This document shows positions 27,336 to 39,991 of a stretch of DNA of 64,000 bases, in pieces. The first letter of the stretch is position 1, and each line of letters opens with the position of its first letter. Source of the DNA: Vicugna vicugna (taxonomy: Eukaryota); the NCBI GenBank assembly GCA_013265495.1, contig MU058065.1, positions 6,696,302-6,760,301 on the forward strand, read 5' to 3'. A program made the position numbers and the translations under genes. Under the pieces are notes generated by a model. It was not told the origin of the DNA. It saw nothing but the letters and a program-made list of their open reading frames with translations, and did not search any database.

Positions 27336-29869
27336 ACAAGGCTGGAGTTCCTTCTGATATCCCTCCTTCGAGGCCTTCCTGTGCATCTTACATCCTTGAT
27401 GGAGATGAAGGAAGCCATGAGAATCTTCATTCAGACTTGGGGGTAGGAATTAGAAGTTAAATATTGGACATATTAAGGTTGAGATGCCTATGATCCCACC
27501 ACTCCCCACATCAGCGGCCCTGAATCATTTGGAACACATTAGAAATGCAGAATTTCAGGCTCCAACTCCCTACTGAAGCAGAATCTGCATTTTAAGATTC
27601 CCACGTGATTTGTTTGCACAGAAAAGTTTGAGAAGTGGTCACCTATTAGATAGACAAATAGAGATACAGGTGGCGGATCTCTGCTTTTCTTTGCTCAGTG
27701 ACATGGGAAGCAAGGTCAAGGCTGAGACTGAGGCTGTGGAGAAGGTTTTGGAGTTTTGAAGTGACTGGAGAAAGTGTAGTAACCTCGATGGAAATGTTAA
27801 TATGAATGGGTGAGAAAAACCTAAGTCTTCCAAAACTCAGCATTAGATCAGTCAGCCTATTTTTCTCCTCCCTTTCAGTGTGTGGGTGCAGTGTTGTGGT
27901 TTTGCCTGCTGAGTATCACAAGGCTGAGAAGGGTGATTCTAATAGTGGATCTAAGCTGGTTAAGGAGAGAAGTGAGGCTGAGAGGCATAGGGAAGACAAT
28001 TCGTAGACTGTCAATCTCAGTGTGGTGACGGAGTCGTTGGCGGCAGGGTCCTTGAGTTGGAGAGAGAGATGGTGGTCAGAGGGTGGAGTGCTTGAAATTG
28101 AGATTATAGGGGATGCAGTTAATGGTAATGATAATGGTAGAGGTTCCAGGACAGCTATTATATTGGGCTGGAAATAAAAGGAATTGGCCATTGATTCTTT
28201 TTGGAGAGGGGAGTTGTTTAGACAAATGCAAATGAAATATGAGGAAGGGCTTCCTGACATGGCCAGGAGTGGGCTGTAAAAGCTGGGAATCCCCCAACAG
28301 GTGGGGATGACTGAGAAGGCCAAGGTCCATGGCCAAGGGCAGGGTGTGAGAGCACACAGCTAGAAAGGACCTGGGTCCCCCGCAAGTTCATCCATCCGGG
28401 TCTTATTTTGTCTTCCAAATGAAATCATATAGCTGGCCAAACTGAGGCTGTGTTAATCACTGAATCACTGGGCTTTTAACTCACAAACAACAATATCAAT
28501 CAACAGTTTCTGCTACGTCCCAAGCACTTGAAGACTGCTATTTTTAATCTTTACTATCCTATACTATTACCTCTCTTTTTATGGATATGGATATCAAGGG
28601 TCAGAGAAGTTAAGTAATATGCCCAATGTCACACAGCCACTAAACTTATGTGAACAGAACCCATGTCTGTTAAGCACCAAAGCTGTCTGATAATTGGATT
28701 CACCTGCAGGCATCTGTCTCCACATTCCCTGAAGTTCTAATTCACAGGTCTAGAAAGAGTTATCCCCAAGGGACTCTATCTATTTTCACAAGCCCCTCGG
28801 GTAATTCTGAAGGTCAGGGGAGATTGGAAAGCATCACCCCCGGCATCCTGGCCACCAGTGCCCTGCCCAGCGGTGGATGTCAGGCTGATTCTGCAGCCCA
28901 GCCTTCGTCACGTAGCAACATTTCCTCTTGGAAAGGAGAAGCTCTTATTCAACTTGGTTTCAGTTCTCTCTGGCCTGGTGGAGTCAACATCACCATGTGC
29001 CATTTTGACTGCATTTCCCACAGATGATTTAATTTGAGGCATCAGAAGTCGAAGCGGGTAGGAAAGAGCAGTATGATTACAGACAAAGAGATGGGCCCAG
29101 GCCTTCTGGCCATTCAGCAGCAAAGCTGGGACACACTCTTGCTCCTGGGACATCAAATCCACCATTCTTTCCACTCTGCATTTCTTTATGAAAGTGCTAA
29201 CTAACGTTTATGGCTACTAAGGCTAATTTTTAGGGGAAAGAGCTCTGAAATACATCCTCTCACTCCAATATATCTGACATTCCTGCCTGAGCGCCTCACC
29301 CAGACTCCAATTTAGAGCATTAGTTCTTTCAATTCAACAGATGAGGGAGCAGGGCTGTGCTGAGGCCTAGGCATAAATGAGACTTTTTCTTTGAACTCCA
29401 AGTAGGAGAAAGAGGCATATTTACCCCAGGCTGGGTTAAATACCTCAATTCAGTAAATACAAAGTCCTCTGCAAAAAGGCGTCTTCTTTGACAAAGTTAG
29501 TGATAAATGAAAAGACCTGTCTTGGGTGGAATAATGCAGAAGCTCTAAGTAACGGGCACACTGCCGGAGGAGTGTGCGGACCAATTATTGGAGCCCTGGG
29601 GTTGGTTGGCATAGAAGGTTCTCTGGATCCACAGAAACCAAGTCCTCCTAAAAATGAATTCCCTTACTGAGTTTATCATCCATCTCTCTATCCAAAACTT
29701 AATTCCCTCTCTTATCCCCTCAGACCTCAATCCTGTTCTAAATGAACACTAATCAAACAGAGCCAGATGACTAAAATTACTGTTGTCGGTAACATTGATA
29801 ATGTAATAAAATTGCTATTATGGATATCATCATTAACTACAAACTCAGGTTATTTCTCCAAGGGCAAGA

Positions 29870-31789
29870 TGAGCTAAGGGTCCTTGGAGCCATGGACCAA
29901 TGGGGCCATGAGTCAGGAAGGAAGCGGGCAGGGCACAACCATTCAAGAAATGACACAGCAATTAACATCAAGGTGGTGGAAAATTCAACTCCCAACAGGC
30001 CTTGCAACCCAAGATGGTGGGAGATTTGCTGGTGGGAGGTTTGACTTCTAGTAGACCTTGAGCTTCATTATGCACTCATTGTAGTATATTAACATGGTAC
30101 ATGGCACTCCTACAGGCACCATGACAGTTCTGAGACTGGCCATAAAAGGTCAAAAAAGTGGGCAGTGGCCACATTCCTGGGAATTCCTTCCTCTTCCCCA
30201 AAGTAGTTGGAATAATCCTCCCATTTATGAGCATATGAAGTTACGGAGCCCATAGAAACTAACAACCACTAAACCTTGAGGCCGCTCTCTCTTGAGTGAG
30301 ATGGACGGTACTCTACTCTGTCTATGGAGCATGCAAATACTTTTACTTTAACCTGAGCACCCAACTCCACACCTCGTGGCCTTTCTCTTGCCTTCTGAAA
30401 CAGCCTGCATTCTATGGAGTATGTATCTCTCTAAATAAATCTGTTAGTGGATGGAAGGACCCCTAAATTAGGAGGCCCATCAATGTGTGGGTTCTTGCCC
30501 CTGACTGAAAGAATTCGCACAGCAGAGGCAGAGGTGAAGTGAACAGCTGATTTATTGCTCAGAAAGGCAAAAGGAAGAAAAGTGCCCTGAAAAGGGGGAA
30601 GGGAAGAAAAAGCACTCAAGTGGTGGAAAACGCACTCAATGGGGAGCTGTTAGCCAAGATGGCTGGTAGAGACAGCCCTGGCCCAGGTCAGGCCACATGG
30701 ACTTCTATGAGAGGCTTCCATCTTCCAGTCTTCCTTCTGGGCATGATGGAGCCAATCAGTCCTTGTTCAAGGTTTTTCAGTCCTTGTATGGACTTTTCCG
30801 GTTGTTGTCATGGCAAATGCCAACACACTGATGGGTGTGTCACTTAGCATGCGAATATATTACAATGAGCAATAGTATAAGGAGGCTCAAGGTCCAGTGG
30901 AAGTCAAATCCTCCAGCATCTTGGACTGGGTTCTAACCAGTTCTTGTTTCTTCTCAGCAGCTGCCTCCTGATACTTAGGTAAGAGTAATTGGTTTCTATT
31001 TGAGAGAGGGGCAGGGGTATGATCCTGGGAGCAATAGCCTTGGTAACAAAAAGGGAGGTTGCTTTTAATCAGAATGCCTGCAATCTAGTGGATCCAGCAT
31101 CCTCCCCCACCCAAAAAAACCCAAACCATCTCCAAACATAATGTTCAGCCATGAAAGTTTTACAGGGAAATGAAGGAATATTCTCAGTTAAGATAGGTGG
31201 TCAGATTAGTTGCCATCCCCCAATGCCTGCGGGCTTGTCCTAATCAACTGCTTGAGTCGGTTCTTCTAGGACTCAGGGAGGCCTGGGAGACTTCAGCTTT
31301 TCTATAAACAAGAGGCAGAGTTTGGGGGATGGGGCGTCAGGCACAGGGTCCTGCTCCCTTTCAAATCTACCTTTACTCGGCTGTGGCTCGCTCTTGAATT
31401 GTTTCCTGTGCTAAGCCAAGGACCCATATGTGGCGGGGCACGTCCCAGGGACTCAACCAAGACCTGGGACATGGCCATCCTCTTGCCCCACATTCATTTT
31501 CTTGTATCAGTCAGAGAATCATAAATCAGAGACATCCTGACTCCTGGAACTACGATTAAGGAATGCCACAGAAATGTCATAAAATGATGATTAATCCTAG
31601 TCTCTTTGCTCTTCCCCTTAAAAAAAAAAAAAAAAATCCCTAACTCAAAGACCAAGTTGGAGTCTATCTGAGGTTTGTCTCTCATTCCTTGCTTAGTGCC
31701 CTGCAATAAATCCTTATTTTGCTGCAAACTCTGGCTGTCAGAGATTGGCTTTCTGCGCCATGGGCACATGAGCCCTTTGCCCGGTTTCA
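29870..31789. mobile_element. Nested cluster of ERV1-type solo LTRs
   Basis: Several TG...CA-bounded segments, poly(A) signals in both orientations, 4-bp TSD aatc around the innermost insert (30442-31363). Confidence 0.65.
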
Positions 31790-32002
31790 CCCTCATTCCA
31801 GCAAAGATTTCCCACCACTCCCTTGGGTTCCACCTGGACTCCAGGGAACCACTCCAGTGGCCCACCCTTTCAATTTCCCTCCACCTCCTCCCTCTGGCTT
31901 CATCAACCACTAAACTTAGGCTACTCTATTCCTAAAATAAACATCAGCCTGGTCTCTTTCATTCCCCCACCACACATTCTGCTGCCACTGACAACTTTCC
32001 TC

Positions 32003-32205
32003 CCAGGGCAGCATCCCCAGGAAAATACATGACGCCCAGTTAAGTTTGAACTTCAGACAAGCATGTAATACTTTTTTAATGTATGTATTCCCCAACCTTG
32101 TATGCAGCAATGGGACATACTTATGCAAAAAATGATTTCCTATTTGTCTGAAGTTCAGTTTGATTGGTTGTCCTGCATCTTTCTTTGCTGAAGCTGGCAG
32201 CTCTA
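32003..32205. mobile_element. MER53 palindromic hAT MITE
   Basis: aaaatacatgacgcccagttaagtttgaacttcagacaa ... ttgtctgaagttcagtttgattggttgtcctgcat form inverted arms. Confidence 0.75.
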
Positions 32206-32749
32206 CCCCAGGGGTACCACCAAGCCTCCCCCATCCTCCCAACCTCCCCCTAGGTGGTGTTGACAGTCTCTTGGCTCTCTATTGCTCTAGGGTAAAAATC
32301 TCAATTCCTGGTCCCCTGCCTTCTTGCCCAGCCCTATTTCTTATCACTCTACCTGCGCAAACCCAGATTACTGGGACAAGGGGCACTAAGCCCTTTGCTT
32401 CAGATGCTTCTCCTTCTATCTAGAGAACCTGTTCCCTGCCCCTTCACTGGCTAGGCTGATTCCTCAACACCCACCAACACTGGAATCCGGTATTACTGTC
32501 CCTCAAGAGTCTTTCCTGAAACATCCCTCACTCCCACCCCATGCTCCTTTCTCTGGGACCCCACAGAACCAAGCGAACACTCCTCTATCCCAGTACTGGT
32601 AAAACTGACAAAATTGTAACTACCTGGTCTTTCACTGTCTCCCTGAGACTGTGAGTTTCTTGAGGACAGATCCTGTGGCCTTCAGTTTTGTCAACTCCAG
32701 AACCGGAAATTCCTGCTTGCTTGGCAGATAGTAGTGGTTTAATGAATAA

Positions 32750-33348
32750 TGTGCTAAGGGTCCTACCGATAAGGCCCTGTCTTTTTTATCCAGGCATAAG
32801 ATGGGGTCCAGAGAAGGAGGATGTTTAGTGACGGCCTATTGTGAATGGTCACCCTAGGCCTGGTGCTTCTGATGTCCCTTTTGGATTATAAATTGTAAAG
32901 GAAAAAATGTTGCCTAGCATTCCAGTTCTACAGGCTCAAGCCATTGGCTACAGCAGTCACCCACCAACAGGGCACTCTGGAGGGAATTCAGGTTGGAGAA
33001 AAACAAAACCCAAAAAGCATTCCGTGTTTTGTACATAATGGTCCCTAGATAGTTAACATGTATATCTAAAGAAAAATTTCAACAACCCCAGATTCTTGCA
33101 TCTTCCCATACATAGAACTCTAAAACCATCAACTTGAGATACTGGTTCTTTATGATTAGCAGTAATCTTTTCATGCTTGACAACATGTGTTTCCTAGCAA
33201 AAAAAAAAGATCATCTGTATTCTGGCTCCTCCCTTATCTGTTCAGAGCAGTTCCTGAGAGCTATCTGAGAGGCTATGGTTCTCAGTAAGATCTCTGAATA
33301 AAACTTAATTCACAATGTTTATGTTGTGCATTTTTCTTTCAGTCAACG
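32750..33348 (+). mobile_element. MER34-like ERV1 solo LTR
   Basis: Ends aataaaacttaattcacaa...gttgtgcatttttctttcagtcaac; gagcagttcctgagagctatctgagaggct. Confidence 0.65.
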
Positions 33349-35029
33349 TAATTTTAATTTCATGATCAGAAAATGGGCTCAGGAGAAAGAACACACAGGA
33401 AGGGCTGTGTGAGGCCGGTCTGTGTGCATCCCCACGTTCCACTTTCCCAGGGGGGCAGATGTGATAGCTGGCTGGAAAATGAATCCCCTTGGAACCATTC
33501 TGGCATTGCTAGAAGGTGGAAGGTGCTTTCCGGGGAAGGGGTCCAAGTGCAGAGAGCAGGAAGGGATGTCAGGAGACCTGGCCAGATGCTGCAGGGCTTT
33601 GGAGTTCATGAGGGCTGGGTTTTGTGATCTGGGGGCCCACTGACATTGAGCAGAACTGTACTTGCCCCCATCCCGTCTTGCTGGTGTGCTCACACTTTGG
33701 GTGGGGGTACTTCATATAGTTACGTACTTGACCCCTAGTAGTGTAACTTACACTGAAGAGTTGAGGTGGCTAGGGGAGTTAGCTTGCTATAATGTCCACC
33801 AGTTCCCCTAAGTAACTCCTACTTCAGTCATAACTATCAATACAAGTAAATATAGTGTGGTGGTGGTGGAAGAAATTTAAAAAACATCTTTATTTTAATT
33901 GGTCTGAAATACAATCTAAGTGGTAACCTTGCTTAATATGCTTACTGGTAGTGAACACAGTGCTTTCACTTATGCTTAGTATGCAAATAAGCTTCCAGAT
34001 AAGGCTCCTCCTTCTTAAGTCTTGCTCTAGAAAAAGGCTGGACTGGCCACTGGAGATAATAACGTAAAAGAAAAGTGCTTAGTGGTGGGTTTGGAATCCG
34101 GAAGTGCTCGGGTTGTCCTGCTTGTCTAACTGCATTCACTTCTAGCTGTGTATTGTCAAGTCAACCCCTCCCCATTCAAAGAGAAGTGTCAACAGGCTGT
34201 GAATGACATTCAGTGGCAGCTGTGATCTGTTGCTACTAGCACAAGATAACCACCTTAAATAAAGCTTCTCATCTACTGGCAGCCTTGATGTAAGGGAAAA
34301 AAACAAAACAAACCATGGACTTTGGAACTATGTAACCTCGGGCAATGTTTCAAAACTTCCCAGAATCTATTTCTTCATCTGTAAAATGGAACAACTAGTA
34401 CATTCTTCCATTAGTGGCTGTGAGGGTTAAAATGATGGGTGTAAAGTCCTCAACCCAAAGTCGTGCACTAATACAAGTTATCTACATCTCAGGATTTCTG
34501 ACTCTGAAACACCTGCTTTCCTGGTTGAACTAACTTCAGGCAGGAAATGTCTTAGTTCCCAGGGACAGAGATTCTAAGTTCCATCTATGCGTTTGGACTC
34601 GAAGTTTTAAACTTGAAATGTACATTTGGCTTAAAAGAATAGAACTCGCACAGATTTACGTCTAGTAATGAGAAAACGGGAAACAATTTAAGTGCCCTTA
34701 AAAGTAGGAAATTGATTTAATAAATCACTATAGCTACGTGATAGAATATTTTGCGACATTAAAATGATGCTTTTGAAGAATATTTAGTGACAAGAAAAAT
34801 GTTCATGATAACATGTTAAGTAAAAGAAAGGCAATAAACAAAACATTGTACAAGACCCCACTCTAGAAAAACAAGTAAAATACACAAATATATAGGCAAA
34901 AAAGCACCAAAAGCAAGCGGTTGCCGCTGAAAAGTCGGGAGGTGTGAACAGAAGTGGTGTCCTGTATCTTTGTGTTTTGAGTTTCCACCAATAATCTTGT
35001 ATTGCCTTAAAATCCGAAAATGCCTGTAG

Positions 35030-35670
35030 GTCCTCGGGGCCTTGGGAGGAGAGGGGGCAGGGCGGACGCCGGCGAGACCCAGGGCAGACCCCAACACCCA
35101 CTGGCGGCGGCCCGAAGCCACGCCCCCGGGGCCCGGGCGACGGGGCGGGGCGCGGAGCCCCAGTCTAGCCCAGGAAGGCGCGGGCGGTGCCGGACTCGCC
35201 ACGCCAGGAGGCCGGGAACGCACCGTCGGGAGCGGCAGGCAAGCAAGGGTCCCCGGGCCGGCGGGAGTTGGGGCCGACGGGCCGGCAGGGACCGGGCCAG
35301 GGCTGGGGCGGCTCTGGGGCGGAGCCCCAAACTTTCTCGGAGTGCGCGGCGGGCCGGAATGGGGGTCTGTTGCCCTCTCCTTCGGAATTTCGCTTTCACT
35401 TTGCGCCCTGGCGGGCGGACGGCGCCTGTTTAGCCTTGGGAGCCCAGCCGGGCGATCGGGCCGGGGTCTGAGGGTGTCGTGTGCCTCTCCGTCCCTCCTC
35501 CTGGCGCTAGTCTGTCGCAGGGCGCGTCCACCGTGCCAGCCCCAGGGTGACCACTTGTGCGTGGGATAAAGGGTATCGTGGCCCTCAGATGGTGGGAGGG
35601 GGAGGGGAGGCGGCCCAGAGCCTGGCTCCGGCCTCAGCTTGGCCCTACGCGCCGTGGTGCCAGCTTTGGT
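35030..35670 (+). promoter_or_regulatory. TMBIM1: CpG-island promoter and probable non-coding first exon of TMBIM1
   Basis: CpG-rich, multiple GC boxes (ggggcggggc, ggggcggag), nearest CpG island upstream of the TMBIM1 coding exons; exon-1 limits not determinable. Confidence 0.75.
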
Positions 35671-38600
35671 GTAGACAGTTGACTGAGTATTGGAGTGAGT
35701 GGGGGACGGGGTGGAAGCAGTGAGCAGCCCAAATCCTTGGCGTGTGGAAGCTGCCACCTCCGTTACTATGACTTATCTATCCTCTGCCTACCCACTTTTA
35801 ACCACTGTCTCCAGGCTGGGTTCAGAAATCTCCAGTGAAGTACTGTCTTCCTCGTGGCGTCTTTAGGTCAGAGTAAGAACCAAACAGGAAAATGGAAAGG
35901 GGAAAACCGTGGAGACCTGGGAAGGAGCCAGGGGACAGTGTGAGGGGAAGTAGAGGAAGGCTGCTGAGAGGCTTGGCCCTGATCTTGGGGGTTTCCATCC
36001 CCTCTCACCCCTCCCACCACTCCCACTGTGGTCTCTGTGTGGTGTCTAAGGGTTGGGGTTTCCCCTGAGGAACCTGGGCATGAGATGGGGTCGGGGGTAG
36101 GCCTGGGAACCAGGGTCAGAGCCAGATGTCATGGAAGGTCCCTTGGGTGTCTAGTTCTCTGGGGCTCTGAAATATTCATCTCACTGGTCAGCTTTGGTTT
36201 CAAAGCTGGCGCCTTTGGCCTGGCCAGTGGTGGCAGGAGTCTGGGGCAAGGGGGCAGCCATAACTGCCTCGTCACTTGCCTGCTCTCCCTATCTCTCCAG
36301 CCATGAGGACCCAGAGACCCAGTTTATAACTAAGAAAGAAGCAGTGGGACCACACAGGGTCAAGGGCCCTGACTTCCTGTCTTCTTGTGCCATGACCTCA
36401 GGGCGTCACCTGAGGGCACGTCAGAGAGGTAATGACAGGGTACACCTTAAGTGTAGAGAGAACCTCATGTCATGAGCTGGGGTAATAGCCACCTGAGCTC
36501 AGCCTCCTCCCATGGGAATGGGGGCCTCGACTGGAAGAGCAGCTCCAACCCCAAAACTTGTCATCCTGGGCCCTTCAGAAAGAACAGAAGCCCTAGGTAA
36601 GGGACACCCACTGTGTGTCCAGAGGGTCACCCTGGAAGGGCCAGAGAGTGAAAGTTCGTACAGCTCTCTGGGAGGAGGTCCTCCTCTAAGAGTATGGTTA
36701 GCCCTAAGGTGGGCTTTCTGGATATTCGTTGATAACACTGTAGAGGGGGTGGCCTTTTCAGACTCTTCCGACCCTAAGATTCTGGGGTTCTAGGCCAAAA
36801 CCTGGGTCTTGTTTTAAAGTAGAAATGATGCCCAGAAGTCCATAGGTTACAGTGCCAGGTACCTAGAGGGTACTTAGTACACTGGTCAGGGGAGGAAGAT
36901 AAGAATGAGTCCTTATCCTTGTATATAATGATTTGTACTTTTTCCTGTTACATAAACGTGATGTTAGGGGATGGCAGCCTCCTGGTTCTGTGCTGGTTGG
37001 AGATGATCCCACTGTAGAGATTATTATAGCAGCCGTGTGGGGGTGGGGGCAGAGAAAGGACCCTTGCAGAGGATCCTGGTGTTGAGCTGGCTCTGAGTGA
37101 GGGGGCGTACCTGCTACTGAATGTGACTGCTCTGAGGAGCTGGGGGTAAGGATGGGTGTTTTATGGTATGAGGAGTTAGGACGTGAATCATTCTGAGGTC
37201 TATCTATAAAACAAAGATGGCCTGGTCAGCAGCCCACAGGATATTAATTAGGTGTGCCCTGATACAAATGTTTCAGGCCTAAGAAAGTTTGAAATAACAA
37301 AGTCTAACAGGTTTGCTCACTGCAGGACTTCTCAGAGGCTTACTCTGCCCTTGTGCCTTGTGAATTTCAAAGAGGAGATTTGGATTGTTTTTCAGAATTA
37401 TTTGTTTCTGAGCTCATCCATTAATATCTCCTGGGGCAGTGTTCTTTAGAGCAGTCTGGGAAATGCCTGGTTGGGTGGTTCTAGCTTTCCACTCTCTGGT
37501 TCCGGTAACTAATCCCTCTTCCTCTCCCTGATGTGCGCTGATTTAGGGGAAAAGGAGGTCAAGGGAAGTCATTTGCCCGGATTCCACAACTAGTTAGTGG
37601 CAGAGTTAGAATTTGAACTCAGATCTCTTGACTTCCCACCTCATACTCTTTCTTTTCTACAGTGTGCTACTGTTTCTTTGTAGGCTCTAGGGGTGAGTGA
37701 GACCCAGGAGATGCCAGCTGTGGGGTCCAGAGGGCAATATGGGGGCAATTTTGAGAGGAGAGGGAGCTGTGGCCTCTCCCACACCCAGGTCATGCCCTGT
37801 GCCTCCGCCTCTGCAGACGTCCTCCAGACCAGCTGCACATCCGTGCGGACCCCGGCGGAGATTCTTTAGAAAGTCAGTCATTCTGCCCTGGAGCCGTCTG
37901 CTCTGGTCTGTTATGTTTATTCAGAAGCAGAGACTTTGAGAGTCGGAATGATTTTGATCTTCTGGTTCAGTGTACTCATTTTATGGGTGAGAAAACAGCC
38001 CAGAGATGTTAAGTGCCCCACCTTGTCTCACACAGGGAGTTAGGACCAGAGCCAGGACGAAAACTCAGCTCCCTGCCTCCAAACCCAGGGCTCTAGCAAG
38101 GACCAACTTTGTACAAGGGAAAAGGAGTTGGTGTCGGTGACGAGGGCCTATACTACCTCAGTCGGCCCCAGGTGCTGGCCTTTTCACACAGGCAACTGAT
38201 GGGGGGGCCTCAGGGGTTTCTGCTCCAGGCAGGAGTAAAAGCAAAGGCACTTTAAAGTCAGACATCAGATGTAGGTTCAAACCTATCTCTGCTTTCACAT
38301 GCTGTGGGACCTTGGATCAAGTTTTCTTTGAATTTCAGTTTTCTCATGTTTAGTGTGAGGATAAGGATTTGCATCTCATAGGGCCCTTGTGAGGAGCAGA
38401 CATCCTCGGTACCCGGCAGTTAAGTACACAGTACTTGCTGCCGGTTCTCTTCCTTCCCTGCCTTCCATTTATCTCCCTTCTCCACTGTGGGTTGTTAATT
38501 ATCTGTCTTCCTCTCCCCCTCCTCATCTTGAAGTTCAACTGAAAAGGCAGGAGAAGATGAAACACAAAAAGGAGGTGGATGGGGCTGTGTTTCTGAAGCT

Positions 38601-39561
38601 ACTTCCAGCCTCGGTTAATGCCCTTTTCTTATCTGCACTCTCCGGCTGTTCTGGCTTGGCTGGGGTCTCTGAGATCACTTGCACTGATGACATAGTTCTA
38701 CCTACCAGAGAAGGGTGTGGGGGTGGGGTGGGGCTGTGGGTGCCTGGGTCCTCCCATGCCTTCTAGGGCGGCTTCCCCTTCCTGGGAGACTGGAGCCACC
38801 CTCTCAGTTTCTGATTGGAGAGAGGCTGCCCTGGTTAGAGACAGAGGCTGGGAGGGAAGTTATGGGTTGGCAGACTTATCTGTTTCTGAGCAGAAGGGCA
38901 CAGAGAACTGGGGGGATGGGGGGCTTGTTCTGGCTCTGCCTTAGTGGTGTGTTCCTGGCATCTGTTACTGAGTTCTCAGAAGGTGGGCAGGGCTGGGAAT
39001 GGAAGCTCTAAACCCATGACCAAGAGGGCTTGTCGTGGGCTGGGCAGGAACTTTCTTGGCTCTGGGGTTTCCTGGTCTGTCAAATGACCAGATGATTTCT
39101 AAAGTCCATTCCAACTCTGACGTTTCAGTTTTTAGATCCTCTCGGCGTCATCCTGTTAACCCCAGGGGCCCAGCGGACAGAAGGATAAGTTGATTCTGGG
39201 ACCCTTGGTCTGTGTGCGTCAGGCCTGGTGGCATGCCCAGACACTCCTGGGTGGATCTGTTTGCTCCTCTGCCCTCCTGGCTATGTGCTGGGTTTGGAGG
39301 GTGAAGTGTTTTCTTGGAAGGGAGGGGAGAGCTGGGGGAGTTGGGGTAGGTAAAGGAAAAGGGAGGGAAGGAAGCTGTCGCAAGAGACCTGGTCAGCGGG
39401 CCAGGGGCTGCACTGCTGTGCCTGCTGGGTGGGGCTTCCTGAGATGCGCACTCTGAGTGATTCTTTCCATTCTGGCTCTGGGCACCGGTTCCTGGCAGGG
39501 AGGAGGGCAGGCTGCCTGGATCAGTCAGCTGCTCTTTTCTGCCCCTCCCTCCAACACACTA

Positions 39562-39586
39562 GCGTGCGCGCGTGTACGTGTGCACA

Positions 39587-39658
<72 letters not shown>
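39562..39658. repeat. Compound microsatellite: alternating purine-pyrimidine (CG/TG/CA) tract followed by (CT)n
   Basis: Read directly from the sequence. Confidence 0.95.
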
Positions 39659-39660
<2 letters not shown>

Positions 39661-39853
39661 CTGTAACCCTAGTAGCTCTGGCCTCTTCTCTGCAGATTCC
39701 AGAGCCTTAACCCTTCAGATACCCCCCAGGGAGCCTGAACCTGGGTTCCAGCTGGCCAGGAGCATGGCATCAGGGGAAGGAGTTGCCTTCCCTGAGGCTG
39801 CATCTGAAATCCCTGACAGCGAGCAAGTCTTGTGTTTGAGCCCACCCACTTCT

Positions 39854-39991
39854 GTACTGTATTTATTTATTTAGTGGGGGGAGGTGATTAGATTTATTTA
39901 TTAACTTTTTTTAATGGAGGTACTGGGGATTGAACTGAGGACCTTGTGCATGCGAAGCACGTACTCTGCCACTTGAGCTATACCCTCCCCC
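39854..39991 (-). mobile_element. Full-length Vic-1-like tRNA-Ala-derived SINE
   Basis: Minus strand ggggagggtatagctcaagtggcagag...cagttcaatccccagtacctcca plus A-rich tail; 17-bp TSD tgagcccacc(c/a)acttct (39837-39853 / 39992-40008). Confidence 0.88.

Noticed and set aside
34816..35757. 313-aa minus-strand ORF and overlapping ORFs
   Set aside because: Pro/Arg/Gly-rich stop-poor frames typical of a CpG island; no recognisable domain
39915..39991. Apparent tRNA-Ala(CGC) gene
   Set aside because: Mismatched acceptor and T stems, plus an A-rich tail and TSD; it is a SINE head
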